Shown here: positions 47,855 to 56,950 of the stretch, in pieces | Numbering within the stretch: position 1 is the stretch's first letter | Layout of the letters: the number at the start of each line of letters is the position of its first letter | Assembly (NCBI GenBank): GCA_041660925.1 | Contig: JBAZVI010000003.1 | Location: 221,832-285,831 of the forward strand | Length of the DNA stretch: 64,000 bases | From: Elusimicrobiota bacterium | GTDB lineage: Bacteria > Elusimicrobiota > Elusimicrobia > UBA1565 | Direction of reading: 5' to 3' | Made by a program: the position numbers and the translations under genes | The notes under the pieces: generated by a model | The model's input: the letters and a program-made list of their open reading frames with translations, nothing else | What the model was told of the DNA's origin: nothing | Database searches by the model: none

Positions 47855-48874
47855 CTATATCGAGAGGACCCGCTTCAGGTTCGCGCCGGAGGCGGGCTTC
47901 ACCACGCCCTTCTCCGTGACGATGGCCGTGATGAGGGCGTGCGGGGTCACGTCGAAGCCGGGATGCCGGGCGACCGCGCCCTTGGGCGCGATGGACTTCC
48001 CGTGGACCTCGACGACTTCCCGGACGCTGCGCTCCTCGATGGGGATGCGGCTCCCGTCGCTCAGGGAGAGGTCGACGGTGGTCGAGGGCGCGACGACGTA
48101 GAAGGGGATCCCGTGATGGCGGGCGAGGATGGCGAGCCCGTAGGTCCCGATCTTGTTGGCCGCGTCGGCGTTCGCCGCGATGCGGTCGGCGCCGACGAGG
48201 ACCGCATCCACCTTCTCGGTCGCCATGATGTGGGCGGCCATGTTGTCCGTGATGAGGGTCGAGGGGATCCCCTCGGTCATGAGCTCCCAGAGCGTCAAGC
48301 GGCTCCCCTGGAGGTAGGGGCGCGTCTCGCAGGCGAAGGCGCGGCGGACCTTCCCCAGGCGGTAGGCGCGGCGGATGACGCCGAGCGCCGTTCCGATGCC
48401 GGCGGTCGCGAGCGCTCCCGCGTTGCAATGGGTCATCACGGTCGAGCCGCGCTTGAGCAGGCGCGCGCCGAAGTCGGCCATGCGGCGGTTGGCGTCGAGG
48501 TCCTCTTCGAAGACGGCGTGGGCCTCGCGCAGCAGGGGGCCGCGCGGATCGCCGGTCCCGCGGAGCGCGCGGGTCCGTTCCTGCATGCGGCGCACGGCCC
48601 AGGCGAGGTTGACGGCGGTCGGCCGGGAGGCGAGCAGGGTCTTCGCCGCGCGGTCGAGGTCGAGCCCCTCGCGGGCGGCGAAGGCGTAGCCGTAGGCGGC
48701 CGCGACGCCGATGAGCGGGGCGCCGCGCAGCAGCATGCTGGAGATCGCGTCGACGACCTGCGCGCAGGTGGAGAGGCGGACGTAGACCTTGCGGCGCGGC
48801 AGCAGGCGCTGGTCGAGCGCGTACAGGGCGCCGGCGCGGAAGCGGACGGGGCGGACGGAGTCGAAGTCTTTCAT
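47855..48874 (-). CDS. mtnA: S-methyl-5-thioribose-1-phosphate isomerase (eIF-2B-like family)
   Basis: eIF2B-related fold motifs (..THCNAGALATAGIGTALG..); 339 aa. Confidence 0.8.
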   Translation of the reverse strand: MKDFDSVRPVRFRAGALYALDQRLLPRRKVYVRLSTCAQVVDAISSMLLRGAPLIGVAAAYGYAFAAREGLDLDRAAKTLLASRPTAVNLAWAVRRMQERTRALRGTGDPRGPLLREAHAVFEEDLDANRRMADFGARLLKRGSTVMTHCNAGALATAGIGTALGVIRRAYRLGKVRRAFACETRPYLQGSRLTLWELMTEGIPSTLITDNMAAHIMATEKVDAVLVGADRIAANADAANKIGTYGLAILARHHGIPFYVVAPSTTVDLSLSDGSRIPIEERSVREVVEVHGKSIAPKGAVARHPGFDVTPHALITAIVTEKGVVKPASGANLKRVLSI

Positions 48875-48884
48875 GTTTTCGAGC

Positions 48885-48925
48885 AGAAAAATCCCCGGGC
48901 GATGGGGCTGCCCGGGGGATCTTTC
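48885..48925 (-). terminator. Rho-independent terminator for the DUF167 gene (stem ATCCCCCGGGC/GCCCGGGGAT followed by TTTTT on the minus strand)
   Basis: Read from the sequence between DUF167 and mtnA. Confidence 0.65.
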
Positions 48926-48938
48926 TATGTGGATATCG

Positions 48939-49202
48939 TCAGGGGATGGATTCCATCACGCGGCGCAGCGACTCCTCGGGCTGCCCGGTGATCTCGACGG
49001 TCTTCTCGCGGCCTTTCGCCCCGCGGATGATGTTGACGGCGCGGGGCGCCACTTCGAAGAACTCTGCGAGGTAGCCGCGCAGCGCGTTGTTGGCTTCCTC
49101 GTTGACTTCTCCGGCGGTGACCTTGACCCTCAGGACGCTGCCGATGCGGCTGACGACCTCGTTCTCGGGGGCATTGGGGATGACGCGCACTTTGACGATC
49201 AT
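48939..49202 (-). CDS. DUF167 (YggU-like) small protein
   Basis: 87 aa, MIVKVRVIPNAPENEV..; conserved linkage with yggS. Confidence 0.65.
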   Translation of the reverse strand: MIVKVRVIPNAPENEVVSRIGSVLRVKVTAGEVNEEANNALRGYLAEFFEVAPRAVNIIRGAKGREKTVEITGQPEESLRRVMESIP

Positions 49203-49252
49203 TCTGTCTTCTCCCTTCCTCGATGCGGAGTTCCGTCTCTACCGCGGGACCG

Positions 49253-49936
49253 CTAGGCGTTGAACAGCGCGGTCCCGATGCGTACGAGCGTCGCTCCTTC
49301 TTCCACGGCGACTTCGAAATCCTGGCTCATCCCCATCGAGAGCTCCCGGTCCGGCACGGTCCCCGCGGGGAAGTGGCGGTCGAGCAGCTCCTTCATGCGC
49401 CGGAAGTGCGGGCGGGTCTCCTCGACCCGTTCCGTCAGCGGCGCGATGGCCATCAGGCCTTGCGCCTTCAGGCGCGGGAAGCCCCGGAGCTTCTCCAGGA
49501 ACTCCCCCAGGGCCTCGGGATCCACGCCCGACTGCGCGTCCCGGCCGGTCAGCTTGACCTGCACCAGCACGGGCAGCGTGTTCCCGGCCTCTGCGGCGAG
49601 GGCGTCGAGCGAGGCCGCCAGCTTCAGCGACTCCAGCGAATCCAGGCGCTCGAAGAGCCCCGCGGCGGCGACGGCCTTGTTCGTCTGGAGGTGGCCGACG
49701 AACCTCCAGCGCACCCGGGCGGCGTCCGGGCCCAGCTCCTCCCGGCGGCGCGCGGCATCCTGCACGCGGCTCTCCCCGAACCAGCGGACCCGGCCCGAAG
49801 CGGCGAGGGCGCGTAGGTCCATGGTCGGGGCCTTCTTGACGACGGCGATGACGTCCACGGCCGACGCGTCCCGGTCGCCGCGAGCCGCGGCCGCCTCGAT
49901 GCGTCGTCGAATCCCGTCGAGTCTTTCAAGGACCAT
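49253..49936 (-). CDS. yggS: YggS-family PLP homeostasis protein
   Basis: FVGHLQTNK motif; 227 aa; the upstream part of ORF 49253..50266 is P/R junk. Confidence 0.8.
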   Translation of the reverse strand: MVLERLDGIRRRIEAAAARGDRDASAVDVIAVVKKAPTMDLRALAASGRVRWFGESRVQDAARRREELGPDAARVRWRFVGHLQTNKAVAAAGLFERLDSLESLKLAASLDALAAEAGNTLPVLVQVKLTGRDAQSGVDPEALGEFLEKLRGFPRLKAQGLMAIAPLTERVEETRPHFRRMKELLDRHFPAGTVPDRELSMGMSQDFEVAVEEGATLVRIGTALFNA

Positions 49937-49969
49937 GATCCGGCGTGGACTCCGGTCCGGCTGACCTTC

Positions 49970-49992
49970 TGTAACCATTATACCAAATAGAC
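49970..49992 (-). promoter_or_regulatory. Extended -10 promoter (TGgTATAAT on the minus strand) for yggS
   Basis: +strand ..ccattataccaa.. equals TTGGTATAATGG on the minus strand, about 35 nt before the yggS ATG. Confidence 0.4.
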
Positions 49993-50060
49993 GCCCATAA
50001 GCATAGGACCTCCTAGGACCATTGGCCCCTTGCTGGTCGGTTCCTAAAATGGTCGGCGCG

Positions 50061-51077
50061 TCAGTGCTTCGTTTCGGGGGGGTCGTCTTTGGAGGAGATG
50101 TTCTCGAAGGCCTTCTTGAGGAGGGTGCGCCAGGGCCGCGGGACGGGACGGACCTCCCCTTCCGGGGGAAGGTGGGATTCCGGGACGGGGTCCGATTCGA
50201 GGACGGTCCGCGGATCCCCTTCCGGGGGCGCGGGGGTCTCCGGGGGCGCCTCGGCCGGCGGCGCATCCGGGGCGGCGGCTTCCTCGGGGGCGCCGAGCGC
50301 CTCCTCGGCGGGAAGGCTCAGGTCGGGGACCTCGCGGGAGATCCCCGCGGTCGCGGAGGGCACGATGTCGCAGAGGGTCTGCTCGAGGCGGCGGACGATC
50401 CCGTAGGCCTTCGCCAGCGAGAGCTCCTTCTCCGCGAGCTGGGCCGAGAGCTCCTCGGCCACCTTCTCGTGCCGGGAGGCCGCGCTCTCCGCGCCCTCAG
50501 CGCGCCGGAGCGCCTCCTCGAGCTGGAGGCGGGCCTTCGCGAGCTCCTCGCGCAGGGCGATGAGCTCCGCTCCGCGCTCGCGCAGCTCGGAGCGGGCGCG
50601 GGCGATCTCCGCCTGCAGCATCCGCTCGCGGTCCTCGAAGCCGGGGAGGAGCGCGGCGCGCTCGTCGAGGCGGGCGATGCGCTCGCGTGCGGCGAGCAGT
50701 TCCCCGCGCAGCTCGGCGACCTGGCGCTGGAGGGCCTGGGTGAGCGCGCGCTCCTCGCGCCGGTTCTCGAGCTCGCGCATGAGGTCGGCGACGTGCAGGA
50801 AGATCTTCGATGAGGCGTCGTTGAGCACGTCGTCGACGCTCAGCGGGCGGACGGCTTCCGGCGCCGGGTCGACGGCGGCCGGGCGCTCGGCGAGACGGCG
50901 GGACTGCATCGCGTCGAGGATGTCGCTGAACTCTCCCGCGCGGCGCCAGTTGCGCGCCTCGGTCGGCCCCTCGACGGGGCAGACCATCGAGGTCTGGGCG
51001 AAGCCGGGCAGGGCCGCGAGCTCCGCGGGGGCGTAGGAGCCGGGGACCTCTCCGTCCAGGTAGACCCAGTACTTCAT
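50061..51077 (-). CDS. Coiled-coil protein with N-terminal DUF4339/GYF-like module (MKYWVYLDGEVPGSYAPAELAALPGF)
   Basis: Protein-like composition, a long heptad region and a Pro/Glu-rich tail. Confidence 0.5.
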   Translation of the reverse strand: MKYWVYLDGEVPGSYAPAELAALPGFAQTSMVCPVEGPTEARNWRRAGEFSDILDAMQSRRLAERPAAVDPAPEAVRPLSVDDVLNDASSKIFLHVADLMRELENRREERALTQALQRQVAELRGELLAARERIARLDERAALLPGFEDRERMLQAEIARARSELRERGAELIALREELAKARLQLEEALRRAEGAESAASRHEKVAEELSAQLAEKELSLAKAYGIVRRLEQTLCDIVPSATAGISREVPDLSLPAEEALGAPEEAAAPDAPPAEAPPETPAPPEGDPRTVLESDPVPESHLPPEGEVRPVPRPWRTLLKKAFENISSKDDPPETKH

Positions 51078-52090
51078 CGCGCGTCCTCATCCGAGAGCAG
51101 GCGTCCGAGGGCGTCGAGCAGGCCGCGGACCTCTTCGTAGTGGGAGGAGGCGTCGCGCTCCACTTCGAGGAGCTTCGCCTCGAGGAAGCGCGCGGTCTCG
51201 CGCACCTGCTTGTCCCCCTCCACCCGCTGTTCGGCGAAGCCGCGGCGGAGCTGCTCGGCGACGCCGCTGCGGGCCTCCTCGGCGGCCGCGAGGGCCTGTT
51301 CGAGGGTGCGGCGGCGCTCGGCGAGATCGGCTTCGAGCGTCTCGCGTCCCCGCAGGATCCGTTCCTGGAGGGCGCCGGCCTGGACGCGGAGTTCGCGCAG
51401 CGAGCCTTCGAGGGAGGCCTTATCGACGCCGACCTGGGAGAGCTCGCGCTGGAGGCCGTCGACGCGGGTCTTGAGCTCGGTGTTCTCGTGCTCGAGGACC
51501 TGCGCCTTCGCGCGGGCCTCGTCGAGCGAGGCCTCGTGGTCGCGCACGCGGTCGGCGTTGCGCGCGAGCTGCCCCTCGAGGAACTGCTTGTCGCGGGAGA
51601 GTTCGGTGCCGCGGTCTCCGAGGAGCCGGATCTGCTGCTCGAGGCGGAGGATCGCCGCCTCGTAGCCTTCCTGCGCCCGGTAGGCCTTCGCCTGGGCGTC
51701 GGAGACCTGCGCGTGCAGGTCGGAGAGCTGGCGCTTGAGCTCGTCGTTCTCCGCGTGCAGGCGCTCCGTCTGCGTCCGCAGAGCGGCGCGCTCCGCCTCG
51801 CCCGCCGCGGCCTTCGCTCCGGCTCCGTGGGCGCTGAGGCCGGTCTTGACCGCCTCGAGCTCTCCTCGGGCGCGCTCGAGCTCCCGGCGCAGCGCGTCGA
51901 GGCGTCCGTCGTCGGCGGACGCCTCGGCCTCGGTCGAGGCCGGGACCTCGCGGCTCCACCAGTGTTCGAATTCCTCGAGGGCGCGGCGCATCGCCGGCAG
52001 GGGGTCGGCGCCGGGAGCCGGCTGGCTCCGGAGCGTTCGCTCGACCTCGCGGCCGTATTCGTCCGCGTACTCCCGATAGGGGTCGGCCAT
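51074..52090 (-). CDS. Long coiled-coil protein
   Basis: Diverse residue content (K/Q/N/T/D) compared with the junk plus-strand ORF 51140..52309; ATGA overlap with the downstream gene. Confidence 0.5.
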   Translation of the reverse strand: MADPYREYADEYGREVERTLRSQPAPGADPLPAMRRALEEFEHWWSREVPASTEAEASADDGRLDALRRELERARGELEAVKTGLSAHGAGAKAAAGEAERAALRTQTERLHAENDELKRQLSDLHAQVSDAQAKAYRAQEGYEAAILRLEQQIRLLGDRGTELSRDKQFLEGQLARNADRVRDHEASLDEARAKAQVLEHENTELKTRVDGLQRELSQVGVDKASLEGSLRELRVQAGALQERILRGRETLEADLAERRRTLEQALAAAEEARSGVAEQLRRGFAEQRVEGDKQVRETARFLEAKLLEVERDASSHYEEVRGLLDALGRLLSDEDAR

Positions 52091-52122
52091 CGTCCTAAGA
52101 GTACCTTCTCCTTATTGCGTAA

Positions 52123-52839
52123 TCATTTCAGCTGGCCCTTCTCGCGCAGGAAGGCGCGCAGCCGCTCGTCCGAGGGGTCGAGCGCCAGCGCCTTGCGCCA
52201 GGCGGAACCCGCCTCGTCGGCCTGTCCGAGCGCGTACTGCGCCGAGCCGAGGCGCTGCCAGGCCTTGGCGGAATCCGGGTCCAGCAGGAGCGCTCGTCGG
52301 GAGTGCTGAGCGCTGGCGCCGTAGCGCTGTTCGAAGAAGGCCGTCTCGGAGAGGCGCAGCTCGTGCTGGAGCAGCGCCGGCAGCGGCAGCAGGCCCTGGG
52401 GGTCGGGCTCGATCCCGCTGCGCTTGAGGAGCGCGGCGAGCAGGGACCGGCGCGTCTCGTTGCCCGGGTCGTCGCCCACGGCGGCCTGCGCGAAGAGCAC
52501 CGCGCGGAGGTCGTCGCGGCGCAGGTAGGCGTCGAGCGCGGCGCGGACCCAGGCTCCCCCCCGCGTCTCGTCCTTGAAGAGCTCCTCCTCCCGCGCGGGG
52601 TCGCGCTCTCCGAGTCCGAGCTCTGCGAGCAGGCGGCTCAGGCGCTGGAGCTCGAGGGAGGGTGTCGGCGGCTCCGGGGAGGGCGGCTCCGCGGGCGACG
52701 ATTCCGGGGAGGGCGGCAGGGAGGGGTCGGGGGCGAAGGCGTCCGCGAACGCCGCGTCCTCGGCCGCGGCCGGCTCCGGGGGCGGCAGGGTGCGGCAGGC
52801 GGCCGCGAGCAGGAGCGTCAACGGGAGGAGGCGCTTCAC
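52123..52839 (-). CDS. Secreted TPR-repeat protein
   Basis: GTG start overlapping the upstream stop (GTGA); signal peptide; Pro-rich linker; TPR-like repeats (..AKAWQRLGSAQYALGQADEAGSAWRKALALDP..). Confidence 0.5.
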   Translation of the reverse strand: MKRLLPLTLLLAAACRTLPPPEPAAAEDAAFADAFAPDPSLPPSPESSPAEPPSPEPPTPSLELQRLSRLLAELGLGERDPAREEELFKDETRGGAWVRAALDAYLRRDDLRAVLFAQAAVGDDPGNETRRSLLAALLKRSGIEPDPQGLLPLPALLQHELRLSETAFFEQRYGASAQHSRRALLLDPDSAKAWQRLGSAQYALGQADEAGSAWRKALALDPSDERLRAFLREKGQLK

Positions 52840-54266
52840 GGGGCGGCCGCCGGAGGGACGCGGCCTTCGAGGGAGAGGCGGCGCCAGCGCGCGAGGAGCT
52901 CCCCCCGCAGGGAGAGCGTCCTCTCTCCTCCGGGGTCGACGGCGACCTCCTCTTCGCCGACCGTCGCGGCGACGGCGTCCGGCAGGGACGCGAGCAGGCG
53001 CTCGCGCGTCGCCTCCTGCGCGCCGTGGAGGGCGCCCGCGAGCTCGGCGCTCGAGAAGCGGCAGAGCAGGACGCGCAGGGCCGCGGGCTCCGCCGCGGCG
53101 AGGTCGTCGAGGTCCGGCAGGCCGCGCAGGCTCCGCGCGCGCGCGGGGCTCACGGTCTCGACGGCGGCCGCGAGCTCGTCCTGTTCCCCGCGGTCGAGGC
53201 GCAGGAAGAGCTCGTCGAGGAACGCTTCGCGCTCCTCCTCTCCGAGGCGGCGCGCGAGCCGGCGTCCGACCGGCTCCGGCGGCGGCGGGGATTTCGTCCA
53301 GGGCCAGCGTCGGCCCGCGGGCGCCGGGGGCGCCGACGCGGGCTGCTCCCGCGCTCGCGCGAGTTCGGCCGCGGCGGCCCTGCGGGCCGGGGCGCTCATG
53401 CGCCGCAGGACGAGCGCGGCCGTGCGCGCTCCGAAGACCCTCAGCGCGGCCGCGGCCGCCGCCGACGGCTCGCCGGAGAGGAATTCCGCGGCGGCGCCGG
53501 CCTCTCCGGGCTTCAGTCGGGGCAGGTCCGCTCCGTCGGGATCGGGCAGGAGGCGCGCGAGCGCCGCCGAGCCGGCCAGCCGCCGCCGCAGCGCGGTGCG
53601 CCGCGCTGAGCGGGACCGGGAGCCGCCCGGGAGCGGGACGATCATGCGCAGGGCCGCCAGCGCCGCGACGAGCAGGACGGCGGTGGCGAGCAGGGACTGC
53701 AGGCCGGCGAGCGCGCGTTCGGACAGTCCGCCCCAGGCGCGTCCGGACGCCGTCGCCTGCGGGGCGATGTTCTCGCGGACGAGGCGCAGAGAATCCCCCC
53801 GCTCGGCGTCGAGGTTGAGCACCCGCTCCGTGAGGTCCATCGCTCGCTGGACGCCCTCTTGCGGGACGCCCCGGTCGAGCACGAGCGTCGCCTCCAGGAC
53901 CGTCGGGCCCGGCGCGGGAGCGGCGTACGCGCGCAGGATCTCGTCCTTGAGCGTGCGCGGGAGCGCGAAGCCGGGCAGCACCGGCGGGGCTTCGTCGAGG
54001 CTCCGTTGGACCCGGTCGAAGAGCGCGGCGTCCGGACCTTCCGCGGGCGCGGAGGCCTGCGCGCGCGCGCGCAGGAACACGCGTGCGCGTCCCGGGCCGA
54101 GCGCGTCGCTCAGGAGGAGTTCCGCGCGCTCCTCCTGGGAGCGCAGCGCCAGCCAGTCGGGCGGAGCGGCCGCGCGCGCCCTTCCCGCCGCCCACGACAG
54201 CAGGAGGGCGGCCGTGAGGACGGCCGCTCGGATCGGGCTCATACGCTCGTAAAGTAGCAGGCGCAT
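52836..54266 (-). CDS. Hypothetical membrane protein (N-terminal signal/TM, second TM near aa 200, Ala/Arg-rich helical C-terminus)
   Basis: Composition is borderline; weak resemblance to FliG/MgtE-N helical repeats only. Confidence 0.4.
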   Translation of the reverse strand: MRLLLYERMSPIRAAVLTAALLLSWAAGRARAAAPPDWLALRSQEERAELLLSDALGPGRARVFLRARAQASAPAEGPDAALFDRVQRSLDEAPPVLPGFALPRTLKDEILRAYAAPAPGPTVLEATLVLDRGVPQEGVQRAMDLTERVLNLDAERGDSLRLVRENIAPQATASGRAWGGLSERALAGLQSLLATAVLLVAALAALRMIVPLPGGSRSRSARRTALRRRLAGSAALARLLPDPDGADLPRLKPGEAGAAAEFLSGEPSAAAAAALRVFGARTAALVLRRMSAPARRAAAAELARAREQPASAPPAPAGRRWPWTKSPPPPEPVGRRLARRLGEEEREAFLDELFLRLDRGEQDELAAAVETVSPARARSLRGLPDLDDLAAAEPAALRVLLCRFSSAELAGALHGAQEATRERLLASLPDAVAATVGEEEVAVDPGGERTLSLRGELLARWRRLSLEGRVPPAAAP

Positions 54267-54304
54267 GTTACGCTTTCAAGTCGCGGCCCCCGGCAAGAGG
54301 GGTG

Positions 54305-54333
54305 TTGACAATGTCGGGGGCCTATGGTACAAA
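54305..54333 (+). promoter_or_regulatory. Sigma70-like promoter TTGACA-N17-TACAAA for the C11 peptidase gene, overlapped by a direct repeat GGGCCTAT x2
   Basis: ggtgTTGACAatgtcgggggcctatggTACAAAgggcctatt read in the sequence about 60 nt before the ATG at 54396. Confidence 0.45.
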
Positions 54334-54395
54334 GGGCCTATTCCGGGGGTGGGCCCTGTGGTCCTCTCTTGGATTTCGGACACACGGGGGTGTGT

Positions 54396-55685
54396 ATGTT
54401 CAGAAAGGTGTTGCTGTCCGCGCTCGCGGCGCTCGTCTGCTGCGGCGTGTGGTCCGCGGCCGCCGATGTCGACTTCGACCAGGGCCGCGCCGACGTCAAA
54501 GAGTTCCTCCAGCTGCCGGACAAGCCCGCGATCGACGCCCAGGCGCTCTCCTCCGACAAGGGTTGGTGGTGGTGGTCGACCAAGAAGGAGTGGACCGTCA
54601 TGGTCTACATCAACGGCAAGAACAACCTCGAGACCTACGGGCTCGGGGACGTCAACGAGATGGAGAAGGTCGGCTCCAACGACAAGATGAACGTCGTCGT
54701 CGAGCTCGGCCGCATCGACGGCTCGGGCGGACCGGACGCCGACTGGAAGGGTATCCGGCGCTACCTCGTCCAGAAGGACGATGACCCGAACAAGATCACC
54801 TCGCCGGTCGTCCAGCAGTTCACGGCCGACATGGGGAGCTCGCAGCACCTCTACGACTTCGCCAAGTGGGCCATGGAGAAGTACCCCGCCAAGCACTACA
54901 TGGTGATCGTCTGGAACCACGGCAGCGGCTGGGCCAAGGAGCAGGGCTTCAAGGCCTGGACGAAGGGCATCTCCTACGACGACGAGACCGGCAACCACAT
55001 CACGACCCAGCAGCTCGGCGCGACGCTCGCGCAGCTCGGCCACATCGACGTCTACGCGAGCGACGCCTGCCTCATGCAGATGGCGAGCGTGGGCTATGAG
55101 ATGAAGGACACGGTCGACGTCATCGTCGGCTCCGAGGAGACCGAGCCCGGCGACGGCTACGACTACACGGGCTTCCTGCAGCGCCTCGCGGCGCGGCCGG
55201 CGGCCGGCGCCGAGGACGTCGGGCGCTTCGTCGTCGAGAGCTACCGCGACTTCTACGCGAAGAAGAACCAGGCGACGACGCAGTCGGCGCTGCGCGCGCG
55301 GGCCTTCCCGGGCCTCGTGAGCATCCTGAACCAGTGGGTGACGCTGGCATTGGACCCGGCCGAGGCGGCGAACGTGAAGGCCGCGAAGTCCGACGCCGTG
55401 CACTTCGCCGACTGGGACTCCCGCGACCTTCATCACCTGGTCCGGCTCATCACGGAGAAGACGGCGAACCCGGCGCTCAAGCAGAAGGGCGGGGAGCTGC
55501 TCTCTTACATCGAGACGAGCCTCGTCGTCGCCAACGGCCTCAGCGGCGACAAGTTCAAGGACGCCCGCGGCCTGGCGATCTACACGCCGAGCTACGGCTA
55601 CAACAACGACTACGACAAGCTGAAGTGGGCGCGGGACACGAAGTGGCCCGCGTTCATCAAGTCGGCTCCTCAGTCTCTGAACTGA
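54396..55685 (+). CDS. Clostripain-family (C11) cysteine peptidase, secreted
   Basis: Signal peptide; VIVWNHGSGW (His) and YASDACLMQM (Cys) catalytic dyad contexts. Confidence 0.75.
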   Translation: MFRKVLLSALAALVCCGVWSAAADVDFDQGRADVKEFLQLPDKPAIDAQALSSDKGWWWWSTKKEWTVMVYINGKNNLETYGLGDVNEMEKVGSNDKMNVVVELGRIDGSGGPDADWKGIRRYLVQKDDDPNKITSPVVQQFTADMGSSQHLYDFAKWAMEKYPAKHYMVIVWNHGSGWAKEQGFKAWTKGISYDDETGNHITTQQLGATLAQLGHIDVYASDACLMQMASVGYEMKDTVDVIVGSEETEPGDGYDYTGFLQRLAARPAAGAEDVGRFVVESYRDFYAKKNQATTQSALRARAFPGLVSILNQWVTLALDPAEAANVKAAKSDAVHFADWDSRDLHHLVRLITEKTANPALKQKGGELLSYIETSLVVANGLSGDKFKDARGLAIYTPSYGYNNDYDKLKWARDTKWPAFIKSAPQSLN

Positions 55686-55708
55686 GTCCTGAGCCGCACG
55701 CAAGCGGA

Positions 55709-55745
55709 GGGCCCGTACCGCGAGGTACGGGCCCTTCCTGCTTCT
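55709..55745 (+). terminator. Rho-independent terminator GGGCCCGTACC-gcgag-GGTACGGGCCC + T-rich tail
   Basis: Perfect 11-bp stem directly after the C11 gene. Confidence 0.7.
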
Positions 55746-55951
55746 ACAGGAAAGCCGGCATGACGGAGAGAAGGTCCAGGGCGGCGTCCGTCGGGATCAC
55801 CATCTCGAGGTCGTCCTCGAGCGCGGCGAGCACGTCGCGCGAAAGGTCCGGCTCCTCCGAGCGCAGCGCAAGGACCGGCGGGACGGCCAGCGCGCGCGCA
55901 TGATGCCGGCGCGGCGCGCCTCGCCTGCGGCCGTGCGGTCTTCCCCCCCGC

Positions 55952-56122
55952 TCAGAGGCCCCCATCGCGGCCCCCATAAAGGTCCATCCTCACCGCGAGC
56001 AGGTTCCAGCGGTGTCCCGCGGGCAGGTTGTCGATGCAGAGCCCGTTCGAGCCGTCCACGGCGGGATGTCCGATCCGCCGATGGTTCCACACGTAGACCA
56101 CGTCCTTCAGCGCCTGGATCAT
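55952..56122 (-). CDS. Putative small toxin partner (56 aa) of the RHH antitoxin; family not recognised
   Basis: ATG overlaps the antitoxin stop (ATGA) in the classic toxin-antitoxin arrangement; the sequence itself gives no family assignment. Confidence 0.3.
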   Translation of the reverse strand: MIQALKDVVYVWNHRRIGHPAVDGSNGLCIDNLPAGHRWNLLAVRMDLYGGRDGGL

Positions 56123-56292
56123 CGCTTCACCCCCTGAACGCGCCGCTCCAGGTATTCCCTGATCGCTTTGCGCGTCAGCGACGACAGACTGCGGTCCTCG
56201 GCGCGGGCCCGCTCGATGAGCCGCGCCCAGAGAGCTTCCTCGAGGATGAGGTTGCGCCGCTTGGGCCGGACCAGGATGCGTACTCGCGCCAT
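56119..56292 (-). CDS. Ribbon-helix-helix (CopG/RHH) antitoxin-like DNA-binding protein (57 aa)
   Basis: MARVRILVRPKRRNLILEEALWARLIERARAED.. is a typical RHH beta-strand plus two helices; own promoter/operator immediately upstream. Confidence 0.6.
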   Translation of the reverse strand: MARVRILVRPKRRNLILEEALWARLIERARAEDRSLSSLTRKAIREYLERRVQGVKR

Positions 56293-56293
56293 A

Positions 56294-56331
56294 GGTGTGT
56301 AATTTATACACACCAAACCCAAAACTGTCAA
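56294..56331 (-). promoter_or_regulatory. Sigma70 promoter TTGACA-N17-TATAAAT with an overlapping palindromic operator GGTGTGTATAAATTACACACC and a leaderless start
   Basis: Minus strand reads TTGACAgttttgggtttggtgtgTATAAATtacacacctATG; the inverted repeat GGTGTGT/ACACACC spans the -10. Confidence 0.55.
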
Positions 56332-56392
56332 GACCCAATTCCGCGGCATTTTCGTTCAGCGTTCTTCAGGCCGCGGCGGGCGGCGGCGCGCG

Positions 56393-56929
56393 TCAGTGCG
56401 GCTTCGGAAGCTGGATGGAGACGAGGCTCACGCGTGCGCCGGCGGTCTCGCCCGAGACTTCCTCGTAGACGTAGCCCACGCCGGGCGCGTAGTAGCGGAT
56501 GGCGGAGCCCGCGTCTCCCCCCGCGAGGTAGGTGTTGACGCGCAGGCAGCCGCGGAACTTCCCGGCGGGTACGGCGATGGTCTCGTCGATGGAGGCGATG
56601 CGGTGCCGGTCCGGGGAGGTGTCCCACTCCTTTCCCGGCAGGGCGGGGAGCGGGTATTCGAGGCGGGCGCAGCCCAGCACCCCGGAAGCGCTGAAAACCT
56701 CTCGGGCGCTCTTGCGGACCTCGTACTCCTTCGTCACCGAGCCGCCCATGCGCGTGCGGGTCAGGACCGCCTTCGCCAGGCAGTCGTCGCGAAAGGCGCG
56801 GATGTCGGTGAAGAGGATCTCCGCCGTCTCGACCTCCTCGAACTCGGTCGAGGTGTGGTGATAGGTGAGCCGGAGCCCCTCCAGCAGAGGGAACCAGTCG
56901 GGGTCGCGGCGGATTCTGATGGTGTCCAC
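56393..56929 (-). CDS. Hypothetical protein (178 aa)
   Basis: Protein-like composition (W/Y/H/K/F present); no family recognised. Confidence 0.45.
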   Translation of the reverse strand: MDTIRIRRDPDWFPLLEGLRLTYHHTSTEFEEVETAEILFTDIRAFRDDCLAKAVLTRTRMGGSVTKEYEVRKSAREVFSASGVLGCARLEYPLPALPGKEWDTSPDRHRIASIDETIAVPAGKFRGCLRVNTYLAGGDAGSAIRYYAPGVGYVYEEVSGETAGARVSLVSIQLPKPH

Positions 56930-56950
56930 TGGAACGATTCTATAAAAAAA

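Noticed and set aside
51140-52309. 389-aa plus ORF antisense to the coiled-coil gene
   Set aside because: L/E/A/G-rich mirror of a coiled-coil coding strand; the minus frame has diverse residues and an ATGA junction with its neighbour
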